Shown here piece after piece: positions 39,200 to 53,070 of a stretch of DNA of 64,000 nucleotides; positions within the stretch are counted from its first letter, which is position 1; every line of letters starts with the position of its first letter. The notes beneath the pieces were generated by a model. The model searched no databases, had not been told where the DNA came from, and saw only the letters and a program-made list of their open reading frames with translations. Source of the stretch: Isurus oxyrinchus (taxonomy: Eukaryota); contig JANJGN010000035.1 in the NCBI GenBank assembly GCA_026770705.1, positions 7,006,001 to 7,070,000 on the forward strand, read 5' to 3'. The position numbers and the translations under genes are program-made.

Positions 39200-40400
39200 T
39201 TGCATGTGGCGGTCAACATCAATTGATGTGTGCCATTTTTTACCCATTACCAAGGCAGTGACCGCCACATTTGATGCACATAAAAAGAGAGGGCTGACAA
39301 GTTTCAGGCCTTTCTGGCCTCCATTTCATCAGATCCCTGGTGTTGGCCACGTGATATTTTCCCATTCTGCTCAATCCCTAAAACTTCTGCATGAATTTCT
39401 AGTGCTTACAGCCAGTGGAGACTGTCTCCCAGTTTTCAATGCAAATGTCATATCTCGATTTCCAGACGTCATTGGAGCGTACGTGTGAACGCCTAGAGCG
39501 TTCTAACACTATGGCCAGTTGACAGCAAGAAGGTATTTCAATTACATGGTTGGTATCCATCTGGTGAACGGTTCCAAGGTAGCACAGGCGTGGTTGGCTT
39601 AGCCATGAGCGTATGCTCATTGAATCAACTGGCTCAATGATCTCAGAGCTGATGAAAGAGTCTGCCTGGATGTGCCGAGGATATGCGTGAGTCTTGGCGG
39701 ATTGAAACTATTCAGTATGTTCTGATCGAGCACACATTGTCTCGGTGTCATTTATGCGGGACAGTGTGTTGAAAACTCAGGCTTGGTTGACTGGAACTTT
39801 GCTGATGAAAGTCAGTTTCATGTTGTCCCGTAAGCACAGTTTTGACTTAACAACTGCAGCCTTTGTGATGCTTTATTTCTGTTGAATAAAGCACCGATGC
39901 CCCCCCCCCCCCACCCCCCCCACTTCGATTACACTATGCGTTCCAAAGGAAAGCAAAATACCACATTTGGGAAAATTCGATCGTTGGAATTACAAGGATT
40001 ATGATATATTTGGATATCACAGGGCCATTCGCTTGCACTCCACTCCAGATGTGTTTTTTTTTCGGTCAGCTCCTTCCCTTTTGCTTTCATCTATCCCAAA
40101 GTGTCCACCAGGCATTGGAGCGATACACTCATACCTGGAGTTTGGTTTGTAATTACCAAGTCAAGTAAACACACTGGTGGGACTGAGTAGTGCATGTATG
40201 GGTTTCAAATATTCTGCGATGCCCTCTGTATATTGTGTCTGGTACAGCATGAGGCACTGTTTCCATGTGTCCCAACGAAGGGCCACAAGTGAGGAATTGC
40301 CAATGGAAATCTTCTGAACGGACATGCAAGCACTTGCACATTATGCTCTATTTATTCAAATTTCGTGCCGCCAGTGGCGTTGGCTGACAAGGAAAAGCAA
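39200..40400 (-). mobile_element. RTE-clade LINE fragment
   Basis: ORF 39399-39620 SIRSWLSQPRLCYLGTVHQMDTN...RRSHVRSNDVWK...WETVS matches the RTE C-terminal LRWLGHV.RM..R.PK / RP.LRYKD motif pattern. Confidence 0.75.
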
Positions 40401-40859
40401 ACTCGCACACATAAGTGGGACACGTGCTAAATAGTTTTATCCATATTTCAGATGCACCACACCAATCTACTCGAGACATGTATTGGAGAGGGATTTCAAT
40501 TAATGTATTTCTTGAAACTGTCTCTTCTGAAAAGAGAGAAGCCTTTACTCTATTTCACCAGGATTTCTTGCACCCTAGTTTAAGTTTGAGCTCTTTTGTG
40601 TCTAGTGCTTTGCCGCAAAACATAAGCTTATTTTTTTTTTAGCAAGAGAAACACACAACGTGCAAAAAGGTACAAATATTATGAATAATCTCGATAATGA
40701 ACATTGAGGGCAGTTTGTACATTTAGAGAATAGCACATGGGAGAACCAGGCAATAGCTGTCTTCTTTTGGAAACTCGCTGACTCAGAGTCATTAAGTTGG
40801 GATTCTTGTTGGAAACAATGATGCGGGAAATTCAGGGTAAATATCTTAACAACTTGCTT

Positions 40860-41285
40860 TTTTGCTCATTACTAAAATCCACTGGTGAAAGTCATGTTCA
40901 GAATTCTGCTGGGTTGGGCAAGAATGTGGACAGTGAGGGCATCCCAGGTCAGATGTAAAATGATACCTAATGCCAAGCGCGATAAATACCGTGCACTGAA
41001 GATCAGTGGAACAGCTATCAGAGGCTGCAGGAAAATGCACACGGGTATCTTGCTGAAGCAGGCTGAATAACGTGGATGGAAGGATTTTGCGGGGAGGAAG
41101 GATAAAATTAGGAGTGGGAGGAGAAAGAGGATGAGGCTAAGGAAGAGACGACGTTCTGTTGAAGGGTCATGAGCAGTCCGAACTTCAACTGTACTCTCCT
41201 CCACCGATGCTGCCAGACTTGCTTAATTTTTCCAGGTATTTTTCTTTCTATTTTTGTTTTTGATTTCAAGAATCCACAGGGTTTT
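40860..41285. mobile_element. Penelope-like fragment (possible inverted RT remnant plus forward terminal repeat)
   Basis: 41153-41285 gttctgttgaagggtcatgag...ccaccgatgctgccagac matches 32846-32949; the upstream part weakly resembles Penelope RT on the minus strand. Confidence 0.6.
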
Positions 41286-42064
41286 TTTTTTTGGTTTACT
41301 TATTTTTTTTTTGCTTTTAATGAAGTATAATGCCACAGCTTTAGGTGACGTGATAATTAGAGTAAATACCGCCTATTTCAAAAGAGGTCCGAGAGAACCA
41401 CATTGTATGCAGCCAGTCTGGTTCCAGGGAGAAGGAATTCAATACGTCTCAAAAGTGTACATTATATGACAGCCATTTTTCAGACACTTTGTTCACATTG
41501 CACAGCAGGTTCTTTTGAATTCAAGAATATCACAAATTATGAAGTAAGTTTAAGGGTGATATTTCAACAACTTCAATAACTGGAATATTAACTATATCAC
41601 TTGAAAAATGAAATGAGCAGGTGGCATTGGTTGGAGGAATGACGTGGAAGACAGTGGTTTAATTTAAAAGGGCATACCAGAGAGTGGGTGAATGAATAAA
41701 CTGCACCATTTTTCCTATTACATCTGAACAATCATGGGATACTTATTCAAGGGCAAAGGATGCGCCGTGCAACTCGCTTTTGAAACAATTATTGCTACAG
41801 GTGAGTGGTGAAGAGTTCAACTGGTAAAAGTCACGTATAGAATCCTTCAAAAAAGGGTTGAGAGCAAAGAAGTGGCCAGAAATGTTTTTTTAGGCACTCC
41901 CACTAACGCTGCAATTGAATGGTGGAATATTTTTAAACCAGCAGAGAAAAATAGGAAAGTGGGGACAATATTGCCAAGGTTGTTTGGCCTTTTAGAAAAA
42001 CCAAAGAAATGGAAGGAACAACGTAAATAGTTTGCATGCAAATGTCAAAAGGAAAAGTACCCAT

Positions 42065-42450
42065 TCTGGCTGAATTGCTCGCCTCCTCGTACCAGATTGT
42101 CAAGGTTCCACTATGCTTCTCATGTCCGGGCTTCAGCACAAAAACCAGGATGACACTGCTGCACCTGTAATATTTCTGATGTGTTGTTAAACCATGACAC
42201 TGCCTTCTTTATTAGGCCGAATGCAAAATATACAAACTAACATGTTCGTAATCTGTCAGGGGACATATTCACAGTACCCTTTACAAATTTATCCCTCAGC
42301 CGACATCACCACAAATTGATTTTCCAGTTATTACCAAATGCTACCTTTGGACGTCATTCTTGCAAATTGGCTACATTGTTTCTTATATTGCATCCGTAGC
42401 TCCTTCTGAAAACTGCTCCTTCGTTGAACATATATAATTGAAAGCCATTA
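42065..42450 (+). mobile_element. Deu-domain SINE relic (AmnSINE1/SacSINE1-like)
   Basis: tgttaaacc...aatttatccctcagccgacatcacc...tgcaaattggctacattgtttcttatattgca resembles the recalled Deu core and L2-derived tail. Confidence 0.65.
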
Positions 42451-45394
42451 GTTTACAATGTAGGAAATGGAAACCAATGTTACGTCAGTATTTTCGGCTA
42501 AACATGCCGCGTTTTAGTATCTATATGAACGGCCAGGGCGAATTAATGAGCTAGGAAAGGCCTTGCTGATTAAGGATACATCATTTGAGCAGTATTGTTG
42601 GATTTGTTGATCTGCAAGCAAGCTGCAAAGATCTATTGCTCAGCATGGGAAGTAATTTGGTAAGCTATCTGAAGCAATGCATAGCCTCCCCCCTCCCAAT
42701 CCCATCCGCCACCCACCCAGCTGCACAATCTCCCACTCTCTGCAGAAATGAAGTGATAAAATGTACAAGTGCAAGAAATAGACAAACATATGGGAAAGGC
42801 AGAGTGCATTTTAATGGAACAGTTATCGTTCATGTTGAGATGGTTCCACACGAATCACAATGTTATTGACTTTATTATGTTTGTCCAAGGCCCTTGCCCT
42901 GCACCAAAATGTTGCTTAACTTGTTCACTGCAGTCCATTTTCTGGCATTTCAGCGGTTTGGTTTTTGTCGTTATTTTATTTTCTAACATCGCCCACCCCC
43001 ATATATCTCTGTCCCTGTATATTTTTGTTCATCTTTCAGATTGCACAGCATTTTGCTTTATACAAATTTAAACAGGGTTACGTAACTTTGAAATAACTAC
43101 TAATATTTCAATGAAAGGACGTCAATTCATTTTGCTTTTAACTAATTCCTGTGGATGTACGGAATCCATTTCACCAGAAGAGAACAGTGCAATGAATTCC
43201 ACTCCTCAAATGTTCAGCAGCAATATTTCTGGGATCAATAGTACTTCACAGAATAGATTGCTGGAAAAAAATGTTAAATTGAGATATTGTCATGTAACAA
43301 ATTACATCTGGCGGCCTAGAGAAATATGACGGACCCTAATGATGGAGCAACTACAATTGGTGGCAAAATACTTGAATTTAAGATGGAGAATAAGTTCGAA
43401 ATTTCTTTCCACCTATTTACGATCTAATCACTTCTGTTTTTACACACCACTTGTTTCCTTTAGTTTATTATTAAAGCCTACCTCTTTAACTAAAATTTTA
43501 AGGATTTCCTTACTCATTATTAATGCCTTTGCCCCAGTGTGTCCGTGTGCATGTGGTTGTGCCTGTGCATGCATCTGCCTCTGCATGTCTGTGAGTCTAG
43601 CCAAGTTACAGCAATCATACGAATGCGAATATTTGGCAAGGCATTATTGTTTTTATTAATAATAATAATAATAATAAAATGTATTTATCGGTGTGTGTTA
43701 AAGTTATTTATCCTCTCCACATTCTGCAATGCATCACATGCACTATATGAAATTGTGATTTTGGTTTAACCTATTCCATTCATTCATTAGCTTGGGATTG
43801 GAAATGTATTCATTAGTTTCCAAGTTTAGGAATATAAAGTTTTAAACTCTGTACTGTGCTACTAGCTGTGGGGTTTCCAGTTAAGACTAATTTGAGTGCT
43901 TTCGGCTTCACTTTATTGCAATTTGAAGCTCTTGTATCTTACTTCGTTCTAGGAAAATGTCTCAGGACCATGGGTTTGTGTGTGAATCTGCGTGGGGCCG
44001 GTGGTGGCTGATGGTTGCTGGGATTGGGATAAAAGTGAAAGAAAGACAGAGTTTGTTCTAAATATTTCCTTTTCTGTTAATATATCCATGCTGCTAATTT
44101 TTCTCTTGAAGCAGACATTTGACAACTACGTTTAATTAATTACAATTGTCTTGTAATTGCACTGAATCAAACCCGAACTAATTGCTGATTAGGTTTCGAG
44201 GCGTATGTTTCCATATTCATGTTTCCTGCAGCTACATTAACAGTTTTTTGTCTTCAATACTTGGCTCACCTGCAAACATTTGTTAGGCCTGTTGCAAGCT
44301 CAATGTTGTGCAGCATTCTACTTGTTGACAACGTCCACCGTTGTACCATGTATACATGTGGAACCGAGGCGCATTAAATTGTTGCCCCTTTCTTATTTTT
44401 TTGAATCTTCATTGGCATCTACAATTCCTTTTGCAAAATCTCCTCATTTATCTATAAAGCGCTTTTCACAGAGCTGTGCCCTGGCTGTTAGCTATGGTGC
44501 ATTCGTTCTTATACTCCAGACTTGGGATAGAGACATTAATTCCGCTGGTCGAACTTTGTTACAATTGTCTTCCACTATTTTTTTTCTTCCTTACTTCAAG
44601 CATCATAGAAATGTTTAAAGGCACAGACAATTCATTTTACTGATACACTAAAAAAACGACATCACCTATTCATGGTAACTGCCCAATGCAAGTGAGCAAG
44701 TGCTGTGGGAAATCCTACAACTAAAATCAATGGTAATGAGACCCAGTTCAGTTTATTCATTGTTACGCAGTTAGCAGGGTGTTTTATTTTCCTTTGGTTA
44801 ATTCCTTGGCAGGACATTCAGAGGCTGATATGTCACAAATATTGCCAAAAGATATGGATATCCAGTTGTGTTCAATAAGAGGCAGATACCCTCAAGCTGT
44901 GAAAAGAGTCTTGTGCAGAATTGACGAGGAGTATTTACTCGTTTCTTGAGGCAAACGTGTTGACCGGTGATGTTCAACAGATATGCTACGTCAATTGTGC
45001 AATCATATAGTGGGAAGTGAGTCATTTTATCGATTGTTTTTATTTCCATCGAGATTCAATGCAAATGCTGTAAACACAAGGCTTTATACCAGTGGTCATA
45101 TTTCAATCCTGCCTCTCAAATCCTGTGAAGTGCATTTCCAGCTCTTCTGTCTGACAAGTTAAGTTATAATGTAATTTCCAGTACCGCTTTATATACTAAG
45201 AAAAAAGAGTTCCACGTTTAATCATTAGCTTACATGTTTTGCCACGACAGTGTCCTTGGCCGAACTGCTGTTAGCTAATTTATCAGTGACGTATATTAAA
45301 GCGACAGAAATAATGCCGATCGTTGATTCTTACACAATGTTCTGCTCAGTTGAAATAAGAAATCAGCTTCTGTTCTTTCCACGTGAGGCAGCAC

Positions 45395-45560
45395 GTGGGC
45401 TACATTCAGGTTTATGCAGATGAGTGGCAAGTAACATTCGCGCCACAAATGTTTCTGCAATGACACTCCCCATAATAGATAGAACCTAGCATCACCTATT
45501 TAAGACTGAATGACGTTGCCATGAGCGAATCCTCCAGAATTATGGAAGTTAATGCTAAGT
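45395..45560 (+). mobile_element. CR1/L2-group LINE RT fragment
   Basis: IQVYADEWQVTFAPQ...IDRT*HHLFKTE.. matches the WADKWQVTFAPHKC motif. Confidence 0.7.
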
Positions 45561-48179
45561 AGAACTCTGACAATTCATGGCCAGCCGCCTTCCAGTTGAG
45601 GTAATTATATTCACTCCACTTCTGTCGAGGGTTTTTGGGAGCGGTGGAGGCAGTGGGGGCGTGCGTTGAGTTGGGCATGAAACTGGTTCATTCAAGATTG
45701 TAAAATTTAAAAAAAATTTCAATGAATCAAGTGGCTCTATTTCAGGGATTACAAATAACATTCCATGACACCTCGAAATGAATATTTAAATAAAATTACA
45801 CTGGGAAAAGTATCATGTGCTGGCATGCATATGTTTTGCTAACTTCCTTTCTATTTTAATTGAAGAATGTCGGTGACTTAAAAATGCAAAGTTGCAGTTT
45901 CCTCAAGGAAGAATGCCATTGACTGAAAAAAGATAATTTGCAATTTCCTCAAGGCCAATATTTCCTCCTCAATGATCATTCGAATCAGCGGACAATTCCA
46001 AAAAAACAAGCTAATTGCATTGACCTCTGTGTTCAGCAGAATTTCAACAACCAACTACTAATTAAAATATCATTTTCTCTATACTCGTGTTTCAACGCTG
46101 TTACCGCTCCTGTTTCTAACTAAGACGTTCTTAATTTCCAGCCAAACACAATGAGTGTTAACTCATCTATCACCAGCGCACAGCTCATTAATCCAGAAGG
46201 ATATGCCCGTACTGGCTGCAATTGGGACATTTCCTTGGATAACTTTCTTCAGTAGCTTACATTCTCTCAAGGCAGAACGACGGACAGTTCCACTTCCTTT
46301 AAAAGAAAATTCCAGAATTCTCTGAGTGACGACAATATTCCTGTTTTCCAATACTTCCTGCACATATAAAACAAATATGTAATACTCAAAATAATGAGCT
46401 GGTTCATTGAACGCCCAGATTATTTCATTGAATGCCTCAAAATATCTTGCAAATACATTTCTAGCTAAGTGAGTTACATAAGGCCAGGATTGAGCGTTAG
46501 AATGTATTGTCGCAATATATTAACAGAGTGATGCATTACAAAGAAAACAAAATAGAATAGCTGTCATTAAAACTTCAATCGCACAACTGGAAGCCAGGAA
46601 AGATATGAGGAATTGTTTATGAAAATATCTTAGATTGCAGGGGATGAGGCTGCAACAGAATTATTATTTTTCAATTTATATTGTGTTTAGTGTTTTAGAA
46701 AATGAAGTAACTGGCAAGAAGGAAACAGCTGTCTGATTGCAAAATGCAGCAATATCATTAAAAAAATTCATTCAGTTTTTACTGTGGAAAACATGATTTC
46801 AACGCAAGTGTGGAAGAGATGGAAATCTATCAGAAATATGCTCATGAAATCAAAACAATGTTTTGTTTGATCAATAACCGCAATGTTGGCCTTCTGGATA
46901 AATTCAAACACCCAGTGATTAACCAACAGAACCAAACGCAACGCTTCAAGGGAGAAACAATATTTACTCGATGCATAGGAAATTAAACAATAACTCCACT
47001 GCTAACGTAATACTCTAGGTAATAACCACCCATACAACAATTCCATTTTTTTTTTCATTTTTACCTCCCTCCAATTAATCTTTTTACATTAGGGAACTTT
47101 GGACGTTTATTCAAAACTTTATAGACCAAACACAAATAAGGCCAGATTTTTCCGCCGGAAATATCTTTGATTTCTGATCAGTTTCATTCAATCCTGGAAG
47201 GTATCATTTCGTAGTGGACCTTCCATCACGTTTTTACAAAAATAATCGCCAGTGTCTCATTAAAACCCCCTACAATTGGATAACAATTCAAACTTTGCCG
47301 TCACTACTTTACTGTATTGTGGGTTGGAAATCAAAACCACTCCAAGTTCCAAATGTCCCCTATTCTCATCGTATTAGAACTCTTATCCAGCATCCAGTAC
47401 ATGTCATTTCCCGGCCTTCTCAAATCTGAATCCTCAAACTGAGTGTTGGCTAAAAACTGCCTGCTTTCTGTAAGAATCGGACAGAAAAAAAAATAGTAAA
47501 AGGAAGCCATGTAAAAAACACCTGAAGTCGCCTCAAGGTCAACGTGATATACATATATATATATCTATATATATTGACCTGCAAACAAAACTATCAAATA
47601 ATTACTTTGAGTTGCTACATAACCATTTCATTCTTTGACGTCTATGAATGTTTTCTATGTCTAACGCAGATAATGGGTCTTCTTTTAAGATTTCATTCTT
47701 CCACCATGGAACCCCCTTCTTTAAAATGTGTTTTCACATTTATGTTCATCTGAAGAGTTACATGAATCATTCCTTTCACTTTCTGAAATATATATTTACC
47801 TTCTGAACATATCAGAAATTTCTGAGAAAATTTTGCACTGCTTAAGGTGTCTGAATTGCAAATCTGACCACTTTGTTTTTCTTTTGTAAAGACGTAACTT
47901 TGGATTCATAACTAGTCCAGGCTAGAGTCGCATTTATATTAATGTTGCTGTGAAGTTTCTTAGCCGTTTTTTTCTATATTAGTTCTACATTTATCTAAAT
48001 TTAATAAGTCAAATTAAAAACAAAAAAAGCAGATTTTACATCGCAAAAAGTGGGAGTATGAATACAGGCTCGCAGCTGACATAAAAACGGAATCACAGGT
48101 GTCCTAAAGTAATATACATGGTAAACTGTTGGCAAGAAGGAAGAGTGGGGGTTATTAGGGACGAAAACCTGGGTTTATG

Positions 48180-50015
48180 CATGGAGCAAGACACGTAGCT
48201 CAGGTATTGAATGAACACATGTGAATCTGTATTGAGCAAGCTAGAAGATACTAACAAGCTCATTGCAAAAATTAAGACAATCCAAACACTTAAAGAGTTT
48301 AAAATTGACAAGGAACAGGTATTGGTTCGGTTGTTTGTATTTAGGGTGACTACAATGCATCCAACCGTAATAAGGCCAGTCAATGTAGAAATTCCAAAGG
48401 AACTCGAGTTGTTCGTTCTTCTTAATCTTTACTCTCGGGGTGATTGCAAAGGACTGGAGAATTTCAAGCTTTATTCCTTTGATTAAAAAAGAGATGATCA
48501 CACAAGCTACATTTCGGTAATTTAAAATCGAATTGGTTTTTTAACGTTGGTGGGGAACCTTCCAGAAACAATGGTTAACCCCAAAATTAATTTTGACGTG
48601 GACAAATTCAGATTTATTTAAAAAAAAACAGTATGGATTTCTTAATGGAACACCGTTTCAACTAAATTACTGGGGTTCTTTCTTGAAGAATTAACAGAGA
48701 ATATTGAGGGAGAAAAAGTAATTGATTTTGTGTCAAGACTTTCACAAAGCTATTGATTCTTGACACGCAACTCAGTTAAAAAATTAGTTAAAGCTCAGGG
48801 AAGCTGTAAAAATGCAGAAAACGGAGAAATGGATCAATTGATGATGGAACGTATAAGAGGTGCGGTATGGGCTTTCAGATCTGACGCATTCAAACGGGAA
48901 TTAGACTCATGGGAAAAGGGAGAATGTGCAGGTAATGCGGAATAGAACGAATGCCAGTGATTTCAGAAGAATAAAAATGGATAAAGAATATGCTTAGTGA
49001 CATAAAGCAGACTACACAAAGCTCTTTTGGAGGGCTCATTTGAAGTAAACATCTCCAGGCGTCTGTTTTGGGACCCTGGTCTTCCTCACATAATGTAACA
49101 GCATAAGCCTTGCTGTAAAAGGCCGAGTTTCAAAGTACATTGATCATGTAAACTTGATAGCATTGTGAAATGTGAGGAGGATATTTTAGATCATCAAATG
49201 ACATAATCAATTTGCTAGAGTGGGCGGACAGATGGCGGGATAACTTCAATGCAGAGAGAAGTGGAATGATTTTGTTTGGGTAGGAAGAACATGCAGACAT
49301 AATATAAGCTAAAACGTACAATTAAGATAGGGGATGCAGTGGACCTTTATCAGTTTAACTCACTCTATGTGGTACTACAAGTTGACACAACTGCTAATAA
49401 AGAATAAATTAAGCTTGCTTTTATTAATAGGGGAACATAGTGCCAAAGCAAAGAGGGGTGAAAATGTATAGAACACAATTTCTGCCTCAGATGCTCTCTT
49501 GCATGAAGTTAGCGGCACTACACAGGGATATGAATGCTTTCGAAAGAATTCTGAAAGGATTCACGTGAATGTTTCCATGGACGAGCACCTTCACTTATGA
49601 AAATTGATCATTAAAGGTTGCTTTGCTGTATTTGGAGAAAATAAGGCTGAGAGGAGATATAATAGGATAGAGCTAATTAACATCCTGCGGCGTCTTGACG
49701 GGCGAGAGAGTGACAGAGTGTCCCTACTCAAGAAAGCACCAAGAACGAACGAGCACAGATTTAAATCAATTGGTAAAAGATTCTAACGCTACATATGATC
49801 TTCTTTTCATGCAGCGCGTTATACACATAGGGAATGCAGTTTTGGGCAGTGCAGTGCACGCATGTAGCGTCAACGAATTCAAAGGGTATTAGACTTATGT
49901 GTAAAGGCGGAATGTGCAGGGTAATGCGGTGAAAGAGGATGAATGCTACTGTTTAGGCGGGCTGATGCAGCAATGATGGGCCTCAGAACCTACTTCTGCT
50001 TTCTGACATTCCTGT
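48180..50015 (+). mobile_element. Decayed CR1 LINE
   Basis: LKEFKIDKEQVL; QYGFLNG; NLLEWADRWRDNFNAEREVE; RRYNRIELINILRRLD; 3' tail gatgggcctcagaacctacttctgctttctgacattcctg. Confidence 0.85.
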
Positions 50016-50829
50016 TGTTTTGCGCAAACATAGGACTTATGAACCCAAATCTTCAAAAGATTATACATTTATACGAATAAAACTGATTTTTGACGCGAAT
50101 GGGATAAAAACAATCTACCATGGAAATTTCGGGAGGGATGTGTATGTATACAATATTGGGGACGAAATATTAAGCTGCCAACTAGGATAATAAAAAATTC
50201 TGGAAACGCTCACGAAACGAGAACAAACTATTTAAAGCACACACCTAATCCCTCGCGCCTGCATAGCCAAAATAGAGACATTTTACAATTAAACGTATGA
50301 TGTCAAATGGATTATGTACCTCTTCCTAAAGAAGCAGAGAAAAGTAGCTAGAGCATAATTACTGAAAGATTGCGCTCCAAATGGTGCCAGATTTATTTAC
50401 TTTATTGAAATTTCAAAAGCACATCAAAGTTAAAACATGTAATTGAAGACCAAAGTTGTTTGGCGGTAAAGCATTTCGGGTTCATGTGGAGGGTAAATGA
50501 TTTACTGATAAGATTACGCCACTGATGGAGGTATCGAGGCTAAAGCTGAAGTACAATAAATAATTTCACGTCAATATACAAATATCCCACAGCATTGTAA
50601 AACGGTCTCCAATTCTTCATCATTCAGCTTTATGCTGCAGGCGAATCCTACGTGCAGCCATATGGCTATCTGTTTCTGAAATTTGAGGTGAGGAGTGTCT
50701 GCTCAGCTTTCCAAACCATTACAGGAATGATTTTTTTAAATGTTGTTATCCTATTTCTGAAAAACTGTGCCGACCCATTTTTGATAACAATTCTCCATCA
50801 AATTGTTGAACTATCTAATCTAAACCCGT

Positions 50830-51150
50830 TGCATTCATAAAAACTGTTCCTCATTACAGCTCTAAGTTGGTGACATTCTGATCGTCCGATGCTGACCCAT
50901 TAGCCCTTTCCCTTTGTACTACCAATTGCATATGTGCCATCAGTTAACTAGACAAAATAGATTGCAATACCCTACCTTAAACTTCCGGGAACGTCAGCAA
51001 CCTTCACTCCTTTAGGACGCTAATTAGGAAAAATCCCACTCTCTACTTTGGTAGTCATGTGTCCTCATATCTACTTCTCTTTGTGATACTTAATTTGATA
51101 ATATATGCTATGAACATTTTGCGACACTTTATTACGTGAATTGTTGTTTG
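50830..51150 (+). mobile_element. L2-like LINE 3' end relic
   Basis: caataccctaccttaaac...cactcctttaggacgct... resembles the L2 WNSLP..LR / SFKTLLK region and tail. Confidence 0.5.
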
Positions 51151-52599
51151 TTCATTTATATCCCATTTGGTGCAATGCTTCTGTTCAAGCAATGCCAACA
51201 TTAAATCCCTTATTTTTTAACCTCACACTGGGCGTTTTTTTCTTCGTTCAATCTGTGGGGAGGGAGAACATGAAGCGATATTTTTTAATTTTGATGTCAC
51301 CTTTTAAGGTACAACAGAAATATTTTTACGTCATCTGTCCTAATTTCGATTTTGCCTTTTTGAATTAAGATGTGCGTAGTAATCATGCCCGTGAAACTCC
51401 TGGTGCGATTTTACAACGTTCGTTGTTTCACTAAACTCGCGTTGGGCTACATTCCTCTCTGTATTTAAGGAGTGATTAAATCACTCCACCGGGAAACAAT
51501 CCTTTCCGTTTGCCATGGCAAAGTTGTTTCTCTGTTAGTGAGACTGAGCTAGTTGCATTAGATTGCTTTTTTCCCATACCTGTTTATATACATTTCTTCC
51601 CAGGCAATACTGTTTTTGTCTTTCGGATGATGATTTAATTTGCGTACAATGCTCTGTTAAGCCTCATTACTGTTGAATATACAAACAAATAAGCCGCAAA
51701 ATATCCTCAAATTATAAGCACTTATAGTAGCTTTTAATTACCTGAAGTCACTCACTACTTATCAGTCATGCCTTTCCTTGCAGCAGCTACTGCTGCAGCA
51801 AAGTAGACAATACTTGAATTTTGGAGTATTTTCTTCTTTGCTGCGAATTGCATGTTTATTTCATCAACCAGGAACTCTGCCTCCACGTTTAACTTACTTC
51901 CTTGGTCAAATACATCCTCACTGTTTACTCCTCTTTCTTTATTTTCTTTTCCATATGTTTTATCTACATTTCGTCTAGTTATGATTTGTCTTACTGGCAT
52001 CAGGGGCAGATTTCTTTTCTACTTCGCTTCATTTTTAACTCCACCGTCAACAAGGTATATCTTAATGTGTTTTTTTCTTGTCTTTCTATGTCCGGGCAGT
52101 TCCCCTCGACAGTTTCCGAACAAGCTAGTATTTACAGGCAGACAACCTCATTAATAGTTTTGCCAGGATATTTTTAACCAAAATTATTCGGCCAAGTTCC
52201 TTTCTCACATAATTGTACTGATGGTACACCAATATATTACTTTGATTCTGTAAGTTTTTTTATTCTATCCGTAACAAATTAAATGTTGTAGCATAACTTT
52301 CAGCATCCCCTGAAGACAGATAATAGACTTATACCATGCGTTCTGAATAATCAGTTCCAACAGAGCCTCCCTCTAGTTGGAGACAGAAAATACTTACTTT
52401 AGAAACTTTCCTCTGCTCTGCTATGAGTAAACAACCATTGTTAGGATTTCCCAAGTGGCAACTTTTTTTCGTTTTTGCCAGTTTGTATGGTTACCTTGAT
52501 TTTTTATTTCTATGTATTTTTCAAACAGTTTGGAGACTGACATTATACACATCACAGTCTCATAAGGGTCTTATCGGGAAAGTTTGCAGAGGTTGGGTG

Positions 52600-53070
52600 T
52601 ATATTCCTTGGTGTTCAGAAAAAATGAAAGGTGCCACAAGAATCAGAGGTGATCGCATTGATGCAAACATCATTCTGAGGAATCTTGTCAAGATAAACAC
52701 TGAGAGGATGTTTCACTTTTGGCGGTCATCTACCATTGGAGAGCTGAACTTCGAAATATGTGTTCATGTTTATTGAGACTGGAGAGTATTCGTTCTCCCA
52801 GAGATTTGCTGATATTTGAAATTCATTCCGGACAGCAGTGGGGGCTCCCTCATTTATGGCATTAAAAGTTAATTTAAAAGAAGTTTGATAAAAAATGGCG
52901 CAAAAATGTTTTTCTTATTAGTGGAGAGAGAAGCGCAGCTGAGAATGTAGCGGTAGGTAATATGATATTTAGTACAAACTCGTCAGCCATTATTATAATG
53001 AAATATGGGGCAGGCTCGAGGTGTGGGGCTGCGGGTCATCTCATATCACTTACTTTCTCATGTTTTAATA
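52600..53070 (+). mobile_element. CR1 3' fragment
   Basis: RIRGDRIDANIILRNLVKINTERMF (RGDLIE.YKI motif) followed by tcagccattattataatgaaatatggggcaggctcgagg. Confidence 0.8.
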
